Positions 23,621 to 36,697 are shown, numbered from the whole stretch's first letter. The stretch: DNA of 62,196 bases, filler included, from Sphacelaria rigidula (GCA_964200075.2; 7 parts of 7 records of this genome joined end to end with filler, not necessarily neighbours in it), one strand, 5' to 3'. The notes: generated by a model not told the origin, from the letters alone. Numbers and translations: made by a program.

Positions 23621-26600
23621 CGACAAGTGATCTGCAGCCACATCGCTCTTGTGTTGTTGGGCAATGGTACTAAAATTGACTCGAGATTGATCCTCCGGAA
23701 CGAATGTATTTTCCGAAGGGCCGTCGTGGCACGGGGGGTTTTGCATGGCGTGTGGTGCAGTAGACGAAAGTTGGATTTCCTACACAGTCAGGGATAGACG
23801 ACGCCTAGGAAAGGAAGTGGATGTGGATGTGTGCAATAATTGTTTGAAGTTATGAGAAACAGCGGAGCAACAGTCCTGATTGGACTGCAATTTTAACGGC
23901 ACAGCCGGGTTTTGTCCGGCACCATGAGACAAGCAGGGCGTAGCGGTTTTACTGTCCCAACAGTTGTCATCGCTACTTTATTTTTCAACATAGATTCCGA
24001 GGGGTCGGTAGAAAGCGGTGCTGATCTGTTCGGGATCTGGGAAACACCGACCTGTTCCATGACAAGGCCTTCAACCGCTGTGCCCGGCACCCCGGCACCT
24101 TCTTGGTGGGCGGATGCAGCGGCAACTACAGGTTTACAGTTTCATCCGGAAGAGCCCTCTCCTGGTGTTGCGTATAGCGCACTCTAGAGCCGGCTGTTCC
24201 AGGGGCTTTTGGGAAGTCGACAAGGACAGTCCGTTCGTGGCTACACGCGTGGCGCTTCGTCGGCACTGTCGCTTGGGGTTCCTTCCCAACCCGCTGAGCT
24301 ACGGAAAGCAAGGGTTCGGCACTGGCGCGCGTAGTGCACGGAAAATTACGCTCACCAAATAAAAGGGGACCGGGCACACGCGGAATTTCGCACGCGTGTG
24401 TTACCGGATTCGACTGGAGTCCTGAGTCCTTCTCGGGGCTGGGGAGTCTCTGTAAACGTTTCATCCTACGATGAACGGTCGTTGTGGTAACAGCTACTGT
24501 ATCAGAAGATTTTCCTGCTCCTAAGGCGGTAGGCGCTACGCTGCACGACTGCCGATTCCGCGGGGCGATCGGATCCAACTGGCATTGATTAATACCACTC
24601 GGAAATACAACTAGGTGATCAGATCCAGTATGAAAACACTGGGGTTGGTCATTGCGCATTTGGGAGTCATGCAATGTTGCACGGGACTGTGCTGTCATGG
24701 AACCCATCATGACAGAACGGTCAACGCTAGCGTACCCACACCACAAGCGAGAACCCACGCTAGCCGACGAGGATTTTGTCAAGTGGTGATGGTGCACTGG
24801 CTGAAAGAAAGAAAATATATTGCCGCGGTTTGTTGTTGAAGGTTGTTGGGGCCCGACTGTGGACCTGTGGTCGAGAATGGGGTTTGAAGTTGAAGTGTTG
24901 CTTCGTCGTGGGAGACAACACAGTTGTTGAGGACTGAGGCGGAGCGAACAAAATTAAAAGAAACATAGTGGCTGGGTATTGTCGACAGTTATCGAGCGAC
25001 ATGTAGGTCCGCGCACTCCGCACATGTAGCGGTCTATTACCTTTTGAACTGGGTGCAGACGAAAGAAAAAGATATATATATATATATGTCGAAAGTATAC
25101 AACAAACCGTATGTGTGTGTGTTGGAATAAATTGTAACAGCAAGAGACAAGGAAACGAAGGTTGTCACCATCAAAAGACAGACAGTGTCATCAGCGTAAC
25201 AGCGAATTCACAAATCTGCATGCCACAAAGGAATAGACGTGTGGGATGCAGCGAACAGCAACGTCAAATCGCTCAGTTCTATTTTGAGAAGACATTGAGG
25301 CTGAGAAAAAAAATAACTACTGGATGCCGTGTGTCTAGAGGCAATACCAGCACAGCTGGCGATACTTAGTACAGTACCGCGTAGTTCGCGGAAAATCGTC
25401 CCGAGTCGGGGTTTGATGACGTATCATCGTCGAGGTAAACAACCAATAAATGTACAAGCGCAACCGTAATACAAATATGTAGTGCAGTACAACAGCAGCG
25501 TACAAAGCACCAGACAGCAAAATGCATGGTGGCACACTACAGTACATGTGATCTTCGCGTGGGGTAGCGGAGGATCGGACCAACGGTGCTGTACCGACGT
25601 CAATTTGTTCGGATTACACGAAGAACACCCGACACTCGCTATATCCGCGCCGTGTTCATATGTACAATGCAACATAGATGAGGTTCAGATAGTGCAGCAG
25701 TAACAACGTATGCACACCACGGTACCTCGTCGTCCGCAACATTTTGCCCGCCGAGACCATTTGGAACTCACACACACAGGACCTTGGGAAGAGGGTGGTA
25801 CTGTAGTGTTATCACGGATGTTTACTTCACATACATAGTACAGGGTGGGGTCGGATGCTGTACAGTCAACACTCAGGCTGGGCACGAAAAAAATGTGCTG
25901 CACGGTGAGCATATTTTGAGACAGCAAGAGACGGTCAACATTAGCTACTGAAGAATAAAAGGCCGACGGTACATGCGGCGGGGTGGGTGTATCGAAAGGA
26001 TGCGCGCTGATACAGTGCCGGTGGTGATAGAAAAGAGTTGGTGGCTGATAGTGTACGGGCAGCTCGTGTGGGGAAAAATGTAATGGGGCAGGAGAGTCAC
26101 GGTATAAATTGGACTCTACATGGTGACTTGCATCCGCTACAGAGTAGATGGGTATCACTACTGGTAGGGTTTGCCACAGATAGGCAGCTGGGACGAGCAG
26201 GTGAGGATGGTGGGGGGGCAAGCGCTATTGCTCGCGTATGTTCGTGTCGGAGTCGGCGCAGGGTGCGAGCGTCTGGTGTATCAGAGGCCCTTGAACTCAT
26301 CTTGCCAGGGATAGAGGACACAGCAACAACTACAGACGGCTAGACGATGAACAAACAAAAGAGACGCGCATGCAAGGCACACAGTGGTAGTGTAGTGTAC
26401 ACGGCAGCTCGGCAGTCTGAACACAATGCAACTGACAACAAAAGTACAGTAGAGGCAGTGCGGGAGCTCCAACTGTGATGTGATAGAAATGAAAGCACCT
26501 TGAGAAGGGTGTACTGGTGTTCACCAAGATTGTTCCAAGGTTCAGACCTCTGTGTACGTCGTTGGTTTACTCAGCTCAGCAGCGCAGGCTGACCACAGTC

Positions 26601-26700
26601 NNNNNNNNNNNNNNNNNNNNNNNNNNNNNNNNNNNNNNNNNNNNTTAATTAATTAANNNNNNNNNNNNNNNNNNNNNNNNNNNNNNNNNNNNNNNNNNNN
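26601..26700. other. Artificial contig linker
   Basis: N44-TTAATTAATTAA-N44. Confidence 0.98.
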
Positions 26701-26872
26701 GCTTTTTCGAGGTGGGAGGTGAATGGGGGTTATGCGGATGGGGAAGCGGAAGCTGCGGTCGCCCCCCCCCCCCCTGCTCCCCTTCGATTTTTCGGACAGT
26801 CATCAAATTGTTCAGCGTGTTATGGCTTCACACCCTCCCGTTCTCCCCCCGCACTCCTTTTTATCCCAAAAG

Positions 26873-27521
26873 GTCCCACCAACTCGACCTCTTGGATCAT
26901 CTCGTGGGCCCGCTGGAAAATGCCAGGGGTACCGCGCGGCGTCTGAGGCCGAAGGACAACCTTCCGAGCCCAGCTTACGCGGTGGAGGACGTGGTTTCGC
27001 TCACCTTCGATACTCCCTCGGGTGCCATGGGCACCGCCTGCTGGAACTTCTGTTCTGGCGTGTGGGAGGACGCGGTGGACATCGTGGGTGAGTTTGGCTC
27101 CGTATCCTTCTCCTGTTTTAATAACAAGCCGGTGCGGCTAGAGGTTTCTGCCAAGAAGATCGACTCTCCGGCAGCGACAACACCAACAGTGGGCGCAGAA
27201 GGTGGCAGAGTTGTCCTCAAAAACGGAACGGTGGAGCTGTCCGCCGCCGGGCGCATTAAAAGGCTCAAAGATCCGGAGGTTGTCGAGCACCAGGCGGAGC
27301 AGCCTGAGCATGTGCACCAGCCGCTTGTGGAAGCTGTTTTGCGAGACTTGGCGCGTCGCGCGACGGGTCCGGAGGATGAGCTGGGGCCGACTTGCCACAG
27401 CACGGGCGACGCCGCGGCACGAACTGCGCTTGTGATGGACCAAGCCCTAGAAGGGTTTTACGGTGGGACGGGCAGTCGGGATAAGGCGTTCTGGGAGACA
27501 CCCGAGTCGTGGGCGAACTAG
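26873..27521 (+). CDS. Gfo/Idh/MocA-family oxidoreductase, last exon
   Basis: After a pyrimidine tract and AAG acceptor: (G)SHQLDLLDHLVGPL..AYAVEDVVSLTF..SGAMGTACWNF..EDAVDIVGEFGSVSFSCF..PEHVHQPLVEAV..CHSTGDAAARTALVMD. TAG stop at 27519-27521. Confidence 0.88.
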
Positions 27522-28756
27522 TGTTGTAGTACTGTTCGTGGAAGAGACTGCGGAATTGGTGGGGAGGTGGGGCGGGCAGTAGGGTTAAGGCGTTATGGAT
27601 CACACCCGATTCGTGGGAGAATTAGTTCTAAGAGCTCTTCGTTGAAGAGACTGCGGAATTGGGTGGGGAGGTTTTTGTGGTCTGTAAGATTAGGGCAATC
27701 GCCTGTGACTGGCGGCGGTGCAAGAGGTGGAATGCTTGCTCACTGTACAGGGGCAGGCACGCGTGGCTTGGCAAGACACATGTCTTGCCATGCGCCCAAT
27801 TGTGGAGAATGTAGCCGCCGAAGCAGGTAATACAAAATTCCCGTGTAACTCAAGCGACATTTCGTGGGTACAGTAGAAGATCTATGTGATAGTTCATATT
27901 GCAGTGAGTATAATTACCCGGTGAAAAGTGAAGAATACCTTCTTGCATATCATACCGGCAAGCATTGACTGCAGCTTGCGGTACAAGAGCGGGCAATCCG
28001 TCCGAAAAATTACCTCCGCACAAGTATAATGCATAGCTCTTGGTATATTATGCTTCGCGACATCTGAATGGAGGTTTGATCACATGTGTATCATAACGGC
28101 ATTCCTGCCAAGGGCATGCAAGAATAGCAAAAACATCGCAGATGGATGATGTGTTAACCGTGCTTCCCAAAAAAACGTCGCTTGGAACATACAAAGAGGA
28201 TTCCATCCATGGGTCATGTTGTATAAGCGATCGAAAAGCGACCCTTATTGATCTCATTCAGTTCAAAGACAGCATGGAATATGGACTACTGTCAACACTC
28301 AACTCCATGCAAAATCGCCGTTGTCAACGGGGTTGTAAACAGTCATTCCGAAACACAGGCGTAAAATAGGGAATGGCACAATTGACGAAAATCGCCACGT
28401 GAAATATCGTGGAAGCCTCACTTAGTTAGGCTTTACTTGTTCTTATTATGCTAGCACGGGTTCTGTGCGCATGTGACCCATCATTATTTCCAACATAAAC
28501 GATTTCTTGCAAAAACCATGCCAGCACAATAAGTAAAAACCAAAGCCTCACCTTCTCTTCCCAAGTAGGGAAGCAATCCACACCGTTCGTGAAAACAAAT
28601 AAACTATGAACATATCTTCTGACGTTCACTCCTCCAACTACACTGTCTCGTACGCCACAAGAATCACAAAGGTTGACTCTGTATTTTATCCAACGGACGT
28701 TAGCCGAGGAGCACCAAATGTTTTTTTCTTTGAAAACGCGCGCATGGCCGAGAAAC

Positions 28757-30448
28757 TTATCGCTCAACCAAATCAGCAACGTTTGCCCAATCTTCTGCCT
28801 TAAACTCCGCAGTCCACACCAGCGGAGCATCCGTAACTACCGTCACCTCCTTCCCAACAACACAATTTGACGAGCTCACAAGTACGCCGAACTCAAGCCG
28901 CCCTGCCTGCAAGTTCCACTTCAAGCCCTTGGTCGTGACCGATTGACACGCTCCACCAATGGGAATGAGGCCAACTGTTGGGCCCTCGAAGCGCGCGTCC
29001 GGTTGGATGACGTGCCGCACCCCGGGCGCGAGCAGGAACGCGATGTTACCGGCGCCCATGAGAACGAGCCTTGAGAAGCGAGAGGTGTATGTATGGAGGA
29101 CACTCATCGCTGCCATCTCGTGGTCGAAGCGCCCGCCGAACGCTCCCAGGCCGATCACTGTCGCTGCGGTAGGAGCCGCGATAGCTGCAGCGGAGCCGAA
29201 CACCTGTCGGTGCGCTCGCTCTTCTTGTACCGTCGCAACTGTCTTTGCTGTCGTCGCTGCATCCATAAAGCTAACAGTTGTCTCGACTGCCGCTGGCTTC
29301 CGTCGCAGCTTCCGCCCTCCTTCACTTTTGTCCACTCCAACCTTCGTCGCTGACCCCGCTTTCCCCACATCATCCCCGGTCGCCTCCACTCCCAACACCG
29401 CGCCCACCCTCTCCGGTCGGCCGGCGCCCACCGTGGGAGCATCAGCTGTGGACTCGCCTGCTCCCAGCCTGCGCTCGATCTCCATGAGGCACTTCTCGAA
29501 GTCGTTGTGATCTTGATCGGCGTGGATCTTCACTTCAGTTCCCAGGGCGCGGTAATATGCAGCCACCTCCGGCCGGAGGGAATCCAAGTCGCCGACGATC
29601 ACGTCCGGGACGAAGCGAGCTCTTCGCTGCTCCGCTGTGTCGTTGAGGCCGTCACCGTCTCTGTCTTCGTTGTGGTCTCCGAAGCTGTCGTGGAGCCTGT
29701 TCGCACCACCATCGGCGCAGACACGCAGCGCGGCGCGCGCCCACAAGTGGCGGAACAGGGCTTCACTCTCGCCCTCGCCTTTGGTATTGAGAACCACCAA
29801 CACAAGAGGACCATCAACCCCTCCGAAGTGGTCGCTGTGTGGAACGTCATGCGTCGGGGTTGCTTTTTCAGGCGCCCAATGGCGATGCTGGCTGCCATCG
29901 ACACCGGCGTCGCCGCAGTCGCGGTCTACTCTCGACACGAGAAAGTTGTTCCGATGTCGCATACTCGTTGTCGGCGCCGTTGATTCCACTGCCCTGACCA
30001 CCTCAGCAGCAGGAGGAGCAGGAGCAATTGCAGTTGATGCCGACCCAGCTGTTGAAGAGAAATGCGATGATGTCGCCATGGCGGTGGCCAGATTGGATTT
30101 TCTATTTCGTCTCGCCCGTAGCAAGCAGGACTGAGAACAAGGAGGGGAAGAGGGAAAATAAGTCCAGAACGTTGCCAAAGAGGAATACAATGACCTCGTC
30201 AAGCGCTTAGTGCTACAAGTGCTACTGCTGGGGCAATAGGTGGAAACTTGGCGCGATGACAGTTGGGCTACAACCTGAGAACATGAGGAGGTTGCAGTAG
30301 CACCAGAACTAGCCGCAATGATACGCTGTTGGTGGTGGTAACTAGTCCTTAAAAGCGTGAAAGCGCGGGCTCCGCGAACAGAAATGAAGACACAGAGTAG
30401 TGCCGTATTTATTGCTACAACCGAAGAGTCGGAGGTGCGTCGACCCAT
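28757..30448 (-). CDS. TPK1: Thiamine pyrophosphokinase, complete single-exon ORF (563 aa) with signal peptide and transit-like N-terminus
   Basis: Motifs VLVVLN, VCADGGANRL, PDVIVGDLDS, DQDHNDFEKC, GAFGGRFDH, GLIPIG, TTKGLKWNL and LEFGVLVSSSN occur in order in one uninterrupted frame. Confidence 0.95.
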   Translation of the reverse strand: MGRRTSDSSVVAINTALLCVFISVRGARAFTLLRTSYHHQQRIIAASSGATATSSCSQVVAQLSSRQVSTYCPSSSTCSTKRLTRSLYSSLATFWTYFPSSPPCSQSCLLRARRNRKSNLATAMATSSHFSSTAGSASTAIAPAPPAAEVVRAVESTAPTTSMRHRNNFLVSRVDRDCGDAGVDGSQHRHWAPEKATPTHDVPHSDHFGGVDGPLVLVVLNTKGEGESEALFRHLWARAALRVCADGGANRLHDSFGDHNEDRDGDGLNDTAEQRRARFVPDVIVGDLDSLRPEVAAYYRALGTEVKIHADQDHNDFEKCLMEIERRLGAGESTADAPTVGAGRPERVGAVLGVEATGDDVGKAGSATKVGVDKSEGGRKLRRKPAAVETTVSFMDAATTAKTVATVQEERAHRQVFGSAAAIAAPTAATVIGLGAFGGRFDHEMAAMSVLHTYTSRFSRLVLMGAGNIAFLLAPGVRHVIQPDARFEGPTVGLIPIGGACQSVTTKGLKWNLQAGRLEFGVLVSSSNCVVGKEVTVVTDAPLVWTAEFKAEDWANVADLVER

Positions 30449-32079
30449 GCCATCCGTCTGTGTTCTCCTCTTGAATGCGGTGCTCCGGGCCCTCGCAACC
30501 AGGTAGTTTCATTGTTTTTCATCCTCACACATGATTTACAGGTGAGTTCCCGTCCTCAAAGGTAGCATCGCAATATCATTTTCCCAACATCACAGTACCC
30601 CCAAAATGGATAGCATTGTTCGTTTCTGGAATGCGATGAAATATGTGCACGATAATTGATGACCACAAAATTTGAATCTTATTACTCAGGGTATATCAGT
30701 ATAGTAATGATGCATTTGTATGTAAAGAGTACTATAGCTACGTGCATTTACAGGTCAGAACGTTGCTGTGATTTCATCAGAACGCGGGTTTCGCCCCCAA
30801 ATTCAAAACAAATATGACATTTAGAAATGAGGTGAAGACAAGGGGAAGATACAGATAGTACGCGCAACGCGCCATAGCTTTCGGCGGTAGGTACTTCGGC
30901 TAGCCGCAAGGGTGGCCATTGCCAACATCAATGTCTTCGTCCACAATTTGGGATGACGATGGTGCGCACAATCATCAGACCGGCCCGCATGACTTCACTC
31001 GGGTAGAAGTCATAACCCTTATCTACATTGCGGTGAGTTTTTGCCAACATTGCGGTGTATAACACCCCTTTTTGATAGCTCTTACTGATTTCGATCTTGA
31101 TTTATCGAGCAGCACCAACGTGCACTACTCCCGAAGAAAGCCCGTTGCATAGGCATGCATCGATCAAGATATCCTCATAGATGCCAAGTTACAGTGGCAC
31201 CACGTTGTAGCATCGCACTCTCAAAAGAAAATCGAGTTTTCGAGGATCAACTGTTGGCGTGATCAATATGCCGTGTTGTGTGTTCCTTGTACTCGGCTTT
31301 CGAATTTGTGCTTCCGCTTCATCGCTCTTGGTTCTGTACGGGTGCGACCACATTGAGAGGGTCTGCACCACGGTTTGATCCGTCTGTTTTGACCAGGGTA
31401 GTGCCCTATGCAAATGTCGTTATGCTTTCGTCGTGATGCTGGCAATATTTTGCGCTCTGTGTACGAAAGAAGTGCACAGTGTGTTTATTTGGTGCTGTCT
31501 GCAGCGCGTGCACAAACAACTCCACAACAGGATAACTATCAGTACCCAGTGCAGTTTGTACTGTCTGTACCATATATTGAGGCAGAAGTGCAGTGCAACA
31601 CAGGTACGGACTGAAAAAGAAAGCGTGCAAGAGCGTGCTATTGTAGATCCTGTTACGGGCGATTTATTTTTGCGGGGTAAATTGGGGGACAGTCGCAACT
31701 TTATTATTGTACAACTATTTTGCGACTCTATCTTACGGTCTGCGGGTACTGGCAAGATCATGCTAGATGCGACAGCTGGAGCTGAGGGGGAGTAGGCTTG
31801 GCCTCTCGTCCTTCCAGGGCCAACGCCTTTCCTCGTTATGTCTTGTTTTTCCAACGAAATATTGAAATATCGGATATTGTCGAGCAGTTTCGGAAAGATT
31901 GGAGAGCAGATTTCTCAACCAGATCAGGCAGTACGAGTAGATTAATTCATGAGTGACTGCAGCTTGCTCCGAAGATCAAGCATTGATTTTTTTATTTCAA
32001 GCAATTTTTTCCTTGTCCAGTCGGAGAAAATTTCAACATTTCCAATTTCTCCGAAAAACTCGGAAAAGTCGAAAAAGTC

Positions 32080-32337
32080 CGCGGGTCGGACGAATCATCG
32101 CCGGTTCGAATAACCCAATCTACGATTTTTCATGCCTGGTTGCTCGCAAGAGAGAAAAAAGTTGACCGCTGGTCAAGAAGGTCTTCACGCGATTTTTGCG
32201 CCACTCTACGTGCCTCGGCTGTGCGTACCTGGGTTGCAACGCTGAAAACAAAGCGCAAGGATTAATTCGTACTGTACGAATCAATTTCACTGAAATCAAG
32301 TGATTTCCGGACGAATCATTGATTCGTCCGACCCTTG
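32080..32337. mobile_element. MITE family C
   Basis: TIRs GGGTCGGACGAATCA / TGATTCGTCCGACCC; TSD AAAAAGTC/AAAAAGTG. Confidence 0.85.
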
Positions 32338-32690
32338 AAAAAGTGAAAAAAAAGTCAGGAAAGATGAGAAACGCCCCTAAATCAAAACAGAGTGTAATTG
32401 CATTGTACTCATGTCTCAGTTCGTCCTTTGGTATGCGGCGCAGCTATCGTGGGTGCTGGGGAATAGTGTCGCACCGTGTACAAATCAGAAACTAAACTAA
32501 GGGAGCAGGTTTTGGCTGACCGCTGATCGGAATTTGCTACTGTCTCATGGGAAACGCCAAACTTGGACGATGGCGCGCTCACGGCGAAGATCGTGTCTTC
32601 ATCAGGCTTCAGTTCTGTACGTGCGTTTTTTTCTTGAAGTTAAGCTTCGTTTTTTTACATGAGTTATCTTCTTTTAAGCCCCCATGTTAA

Positions 32691-33655
32691 CCCTGTTGGG
32701 ACTGAAGCTCAGTAACGAGGGGCTCACCATGTACTAGTAAAATAATAATCTGGGAGCGACCTGCCCAATCACGGCGAGGCGAAATTTATCGACCACATCC
32801 GAACGACCAGTGGAGGGGGGGCTGTCGCCGGGAGTGATGTCACTGCCAAGCTGGTGTGCGTACCCTGTCCCTGGCCCACAAAAAAGCCTTCGAAGCAAAG
32901 AAAAGCCCAAGTGGTCGGGGCTCGCACTCCCGATTTTTTTCATCATTTACTCGCATGTTATATAGGTCCGACTTTCACTCCCCCGATTTTTTTGGGTCAA
33001 CATCCTATAGTAATACCTAGTTGATGACACTAACACGTAGTACTCGGGGGAGCTAGAGGCATGAGTTCTCTGCGTATCCCTCTGTCGAAGTGGTAGAAGC
33101 GGCGGTGAGGTCGTGTGTAATCGACGGTAACGAACAAGCTGTGTATAGGCAGCTGATCTCCATCGCGGAGAACTGCCCAGAATATGTGACGGAGTATGCA
33201 GCGGCAGCTGCTGCTGCATTCGAAGAGGCGTACTGTACTGCATCTGCGGCGCAACGCCCATGCCGCTCGAAGAGAATTTGCCGCTTGCAACAAGGAGGGA
33301 AATCGCGGCCCACCCCGACCACAAAGGGCTGTGTACCAAGGTGATGGGGACCATATCCAAGGCCACAAGTGGCGGGCGGCAGTTGCTACATCCTGTTGAA
33401 AGCTCTCCACGACGACTCATATTGCTTGATATATCTGTACATTACCTGATGCGCATAACACCCGAATAATAGTACAGACAGTTTGCACTGCACCTGGAAA
33501 TAGACTGAATGAAACTTTCGGCCTTCCTCTATAACCCTGCTGTTACATACATACGTGGATTTTTAGCAACATGAAGGCACTGTTTCATGCACATGCAGGA
33601 CACGTCATTCCTAATCAGCCTCATTAATCGTTCTGGAGGCCCAGTCCCAAAAGCG
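32691..33655. mobile_element. Non-autonomous piggyBac-like element (about 1 kb)
   Basis: TTAA|CCCTGTTGGGACTG ... CAGTCCCAAAAGCG|TTGA; collinear with 42392-43440. Confidence 0.85.
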
Positions 33656-35417
33656 TTGAGCTCTTGCAGCGCCATATATGCGTGCTTTGTGCGCCTTTTT
33701 CTCGTCCTTGTTGTAGCATTGTGGCAGTATCCTCTCACGAGGCGCGCCTTTTAACATGAGGACGAGGCAAGTCGGTTTTCGAAGTTTCAATGTTTATTTT
33801 TTAATGCAAAGATGGAACTTTTCTTCAGTCATGGAGTTTGAAGGCCACAACCTGCACACCTACACCGTAACCCACCTACGGAAACAACTAATGCCACTAC
33901 AGTCATGATACATGATACAGTAGTTTGCAGCTGAAATAGGGGATGTTTTGAATTTCTTCGTAGTCGGCGATTTTCAATAGTGTTTCCGTGTGCCACCACT
34001 CATCCCAGTGAACGCGTGATCCCAGAGTTTGAAGATCCAGAGATACTAGGTATCCGCTTCATATTCCGGAACAAAATCATCTCTACATTCAATGTTGACC
34101 GACTTGCGGGCTGACCGGTTATCGGGGGTGCTGCGACTACCCAGCCCCAGGTCCTGACCCGTGGAGTATTTTTTGTCGATTGAAGCAATCCCGCTCGTTC
34201 TCGTGAACAATTGAAAATTAACGCTTTTTTAAATTTCCACCTATTCATGGCGCTAAAGCTGAAAAACTGCGTTTTTTCACCCCGTGATGTTCGATAGCAC
34301 CCGCCTGATAAACGAGGTACTTACTCCGTATCACCCCAAAAACACCAGTTGAGGATTGTGCCCTGGGCACGCCTTGCTTCTTCTCCCGATATCTATCGGC
34401 ACTACGAGTTGGGTCGGCAGAAAATCCCACATTATCTCTCCGCACCACAGCTTCTCAAGTTTCCCCTAACAGCGCGACGTGAGCGTATCGCTGTAAACTG
34501 CAGACTAACCTGGTAACACACAGCACCGCCGCTGCTTGATTGGCGCAGTTTTGGCGACGATGTTATTGTACTGCAGTGAGTACCGAGTACGTCGCTTGCC
34601 ATTGCGTGACAGCGTGTCTGGAAACGTTTCGTTCCACAAAATGCGGTGGAATTGCGAAATCGTTGCACCGCATAGGCACATGCACACCCGACGTGCCCAG
34701 GTAAGAGCATACAGGTACTGCTGAAATATGGCATCAAGCTCTTCATAAGCTCCATCATGGGAGAGAACCTCCCACCAACTGTCGTATATCACCGCTCGAG
34801 GGAGAAGTAGTACTTGAAACTTGCGTATACCCCCCCCAAAGCAAGACCGTCACCAACATATCGAGACCCTTCGCAACCCAGAGATCCGAGATATTATGCA
34901 CGATTAGTATGCACAAAAAAGTGTTTGTGTTGACGGGATTTGAACTCGTAACCTGTGTAATTTGAGGCTGTTGTATCAGTTTGAACACCGGAGTCACATA
35001 AAAAGTGCGACGCGAAGCCCGATTTGACGTTGTTTTGGCTGAAACTTTATAAGGATGTGGTTGACGCGAGTGCCCGTATGTGCCGGAGCGTTGTCATTGT
35101 TTTTATCATTTTTTTAGGGAGTCATGGCATTTTTCCTGTTTTTGCTGGAACTTCAACTCGCTCTAACTTCCTGTTTGTTTGTTTCATGTCCTCTGCACCT
35201 CTCACAGGGTTGCGCAGATTCATGATAGAAATGTCGTGTCAAAATTTCAGCCCCTAACTCTTCGAATTGCCAAAAGCATCTCCACTCTTCGTTGAAAAAT
35301 CACTGATGGCCGGCCCAGCTCGTGAGGCTTTCGAGTGCTAAGGAAGAATATTTTACGAGAAAAAAGTTGAGGAAAGCACCCGACTACGAAAATTGCCCAA
35401 CCGAGCTTTGCATAGCA

Positions 35418-35499
35418 CAGGGGGGTGTACTCATGACCATGCATGCTATAGTCGTACGACCGTTGACCTCGCATCCCTACAAAGCCGGGATGAAGCACG
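35418..35499 (-). repeat. Short dispersed repeat B at contig end
   Basis: GGGGGTGTACTCATGACCATGCATG..CCCTACAAAGCCGGGA; the contig breaks inside it. Confidence 0.75.
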
Positions 35500-35599
35500 N
35501 NNNNNNNNNNNNNNNNNNNNNNNNNNNNNNNNNNNNNNNNNNNTTAATTAATTAANNNNNNNNNNNNNNNNNNNNNNNNNNNNNNNNNNNNNNNNNNNN
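35500..35599. other. Artificial contig linker
   Basis: N44-TTAATTAATTAA-N44. Confidence 0.98.
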
Positions 35600-35883
35600 G
35601 GACAATAGTATCATCCAAAGCCTCAAGTGGCGGGCGGCCCGCCGGTCGTCGCATCCTGTTGGCAGCTCTCTACCACGATCCATACTGCTTGCTACGTCAG
35701 ATGTACACCACCTAATGGGCACCCTGCGCCTGAAAATAGATTGGATGAAACTTCCGGTCTTCGTCATAACCCTGCGGTTACATACGTGGATTTTCAGCAA
35801 CACGCCCCTATTTCGTGCAGACGCCAGACACGTTATTCCTCACCAGCCTCATTGGTCGTTCTGAAGGCCCGGTCCCAAAAGGG
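35600..35883. mobile_element. Right end of a third piggyBac-like copy (cut by the contig edge)
   Basis: Homologous to about 33350-33655; ends GTCCCAAAAGGG|TTAG. Confidence 0.8.
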
Positions 35884-36697
35884 TTAGTTCATCTCTTCCG
35901 TCGCGAAGAGTCCGTGGTCTCAAGGCATCAACCCATCTCTCCCCGGGTATAGACCTTGCAAGTTGATGCCCTCGATCGGATTGGACGACCACTCCCGCAC
36001 CGTGTCGACTGCCATCAAATCAAGTATTTTTGACACTGATGTTTCTCACGATTCCCTTCCTTCTTTTTCTTTCTCGTCGTACTCCAATATATTTCCTCTT
36101 TTGGGATGAATCCCATCTATTCCTCCGATACGTGCCTGATATTTCGGTATTGCGGATTGGGTGATGACCACCCCGGCACCGAGTAAATTTTTGCCAAAAT
36201 TCCTTCCTTAATTCACTACTTGCGTACGTCCTCACGTTTTTAACGACGATAATCGGTACTCCTGAGGGGAAAAGCGTATCAATCTGTTGAAGTGGCATCA
36301 CCATCACTTGAAAATGACTGATACACATGCGTCCTTCTACCGGCGTTCGAAGGGTTGAACACTAACAATGTCAAGGATAGTTTATGTATTCAATTGTCAA
36401 AAGGATTGTATCTGCTGGGAACCGGGGCCTCTCCTCCGCCCCAATCGTCTCCAAGTTGTACCATTCGGACCACCGGGGCGCGCGGCAATGTCGGACATCG
36501 TACACATTTTACTTTAATAGATTGATCGATTGGTTGTTTGATTGCCGCGCAGTGAGTCATCTTCTAGGGAGCCAGCCGCGGTCATTAACCACACCATAGA
36601 CATATCCAAGGATGATAGAAACAAAAACACTTCGGGAAGGGAAAAATAAAGACGGGAAAAAAAAAAATGCATAAGGTATCATCTCACATAATATCAC

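Larger units (their letters stand above)
17801..26600 (-). mobile_element. Degenerate Ty3/Gypsy LTR retrotransposon occupying the whole contig
   Basis: On the minus strand the order is protease, RT, integrase, chromodomain-like domain, with many stops and frameshifts. Candidate LTR end (CA at 26531-26532) is followed by PBS-like TGGTGAAC (26519-26526). Confidence 0.9.

Noticed and set aside
26701-26872. N-terminal part of ORF 26712-27521 as coding
   Set aside because: Reads as intron with a pyrimidine tract; family similarity starts at the acceptor at 26873, and nearby GT donors are out of phase.
27535-27672. About 35-bp direct repeat just after the oxidoreductase stop codon
   Set aside because: A simple local duplication in the 3' UTR with no further structure.
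27522-28756. TPP riboswitch near the TPK gene
   Set aside because: I could not find the CTGAGA and ACCTGAT core motifs on the minus strand in either flank; an Infernal search with the Rfam TPP model would be decisive.
30895-31030. Minus-strand EDIDVGNGHP resembling the DIDxxNxHP motif of viral primase/polymerase-like proteins
   Set aside because: Very short, frameshifted and followed by a stop, with no supporting viral ORF nearby; only an HMM search could rescue it.
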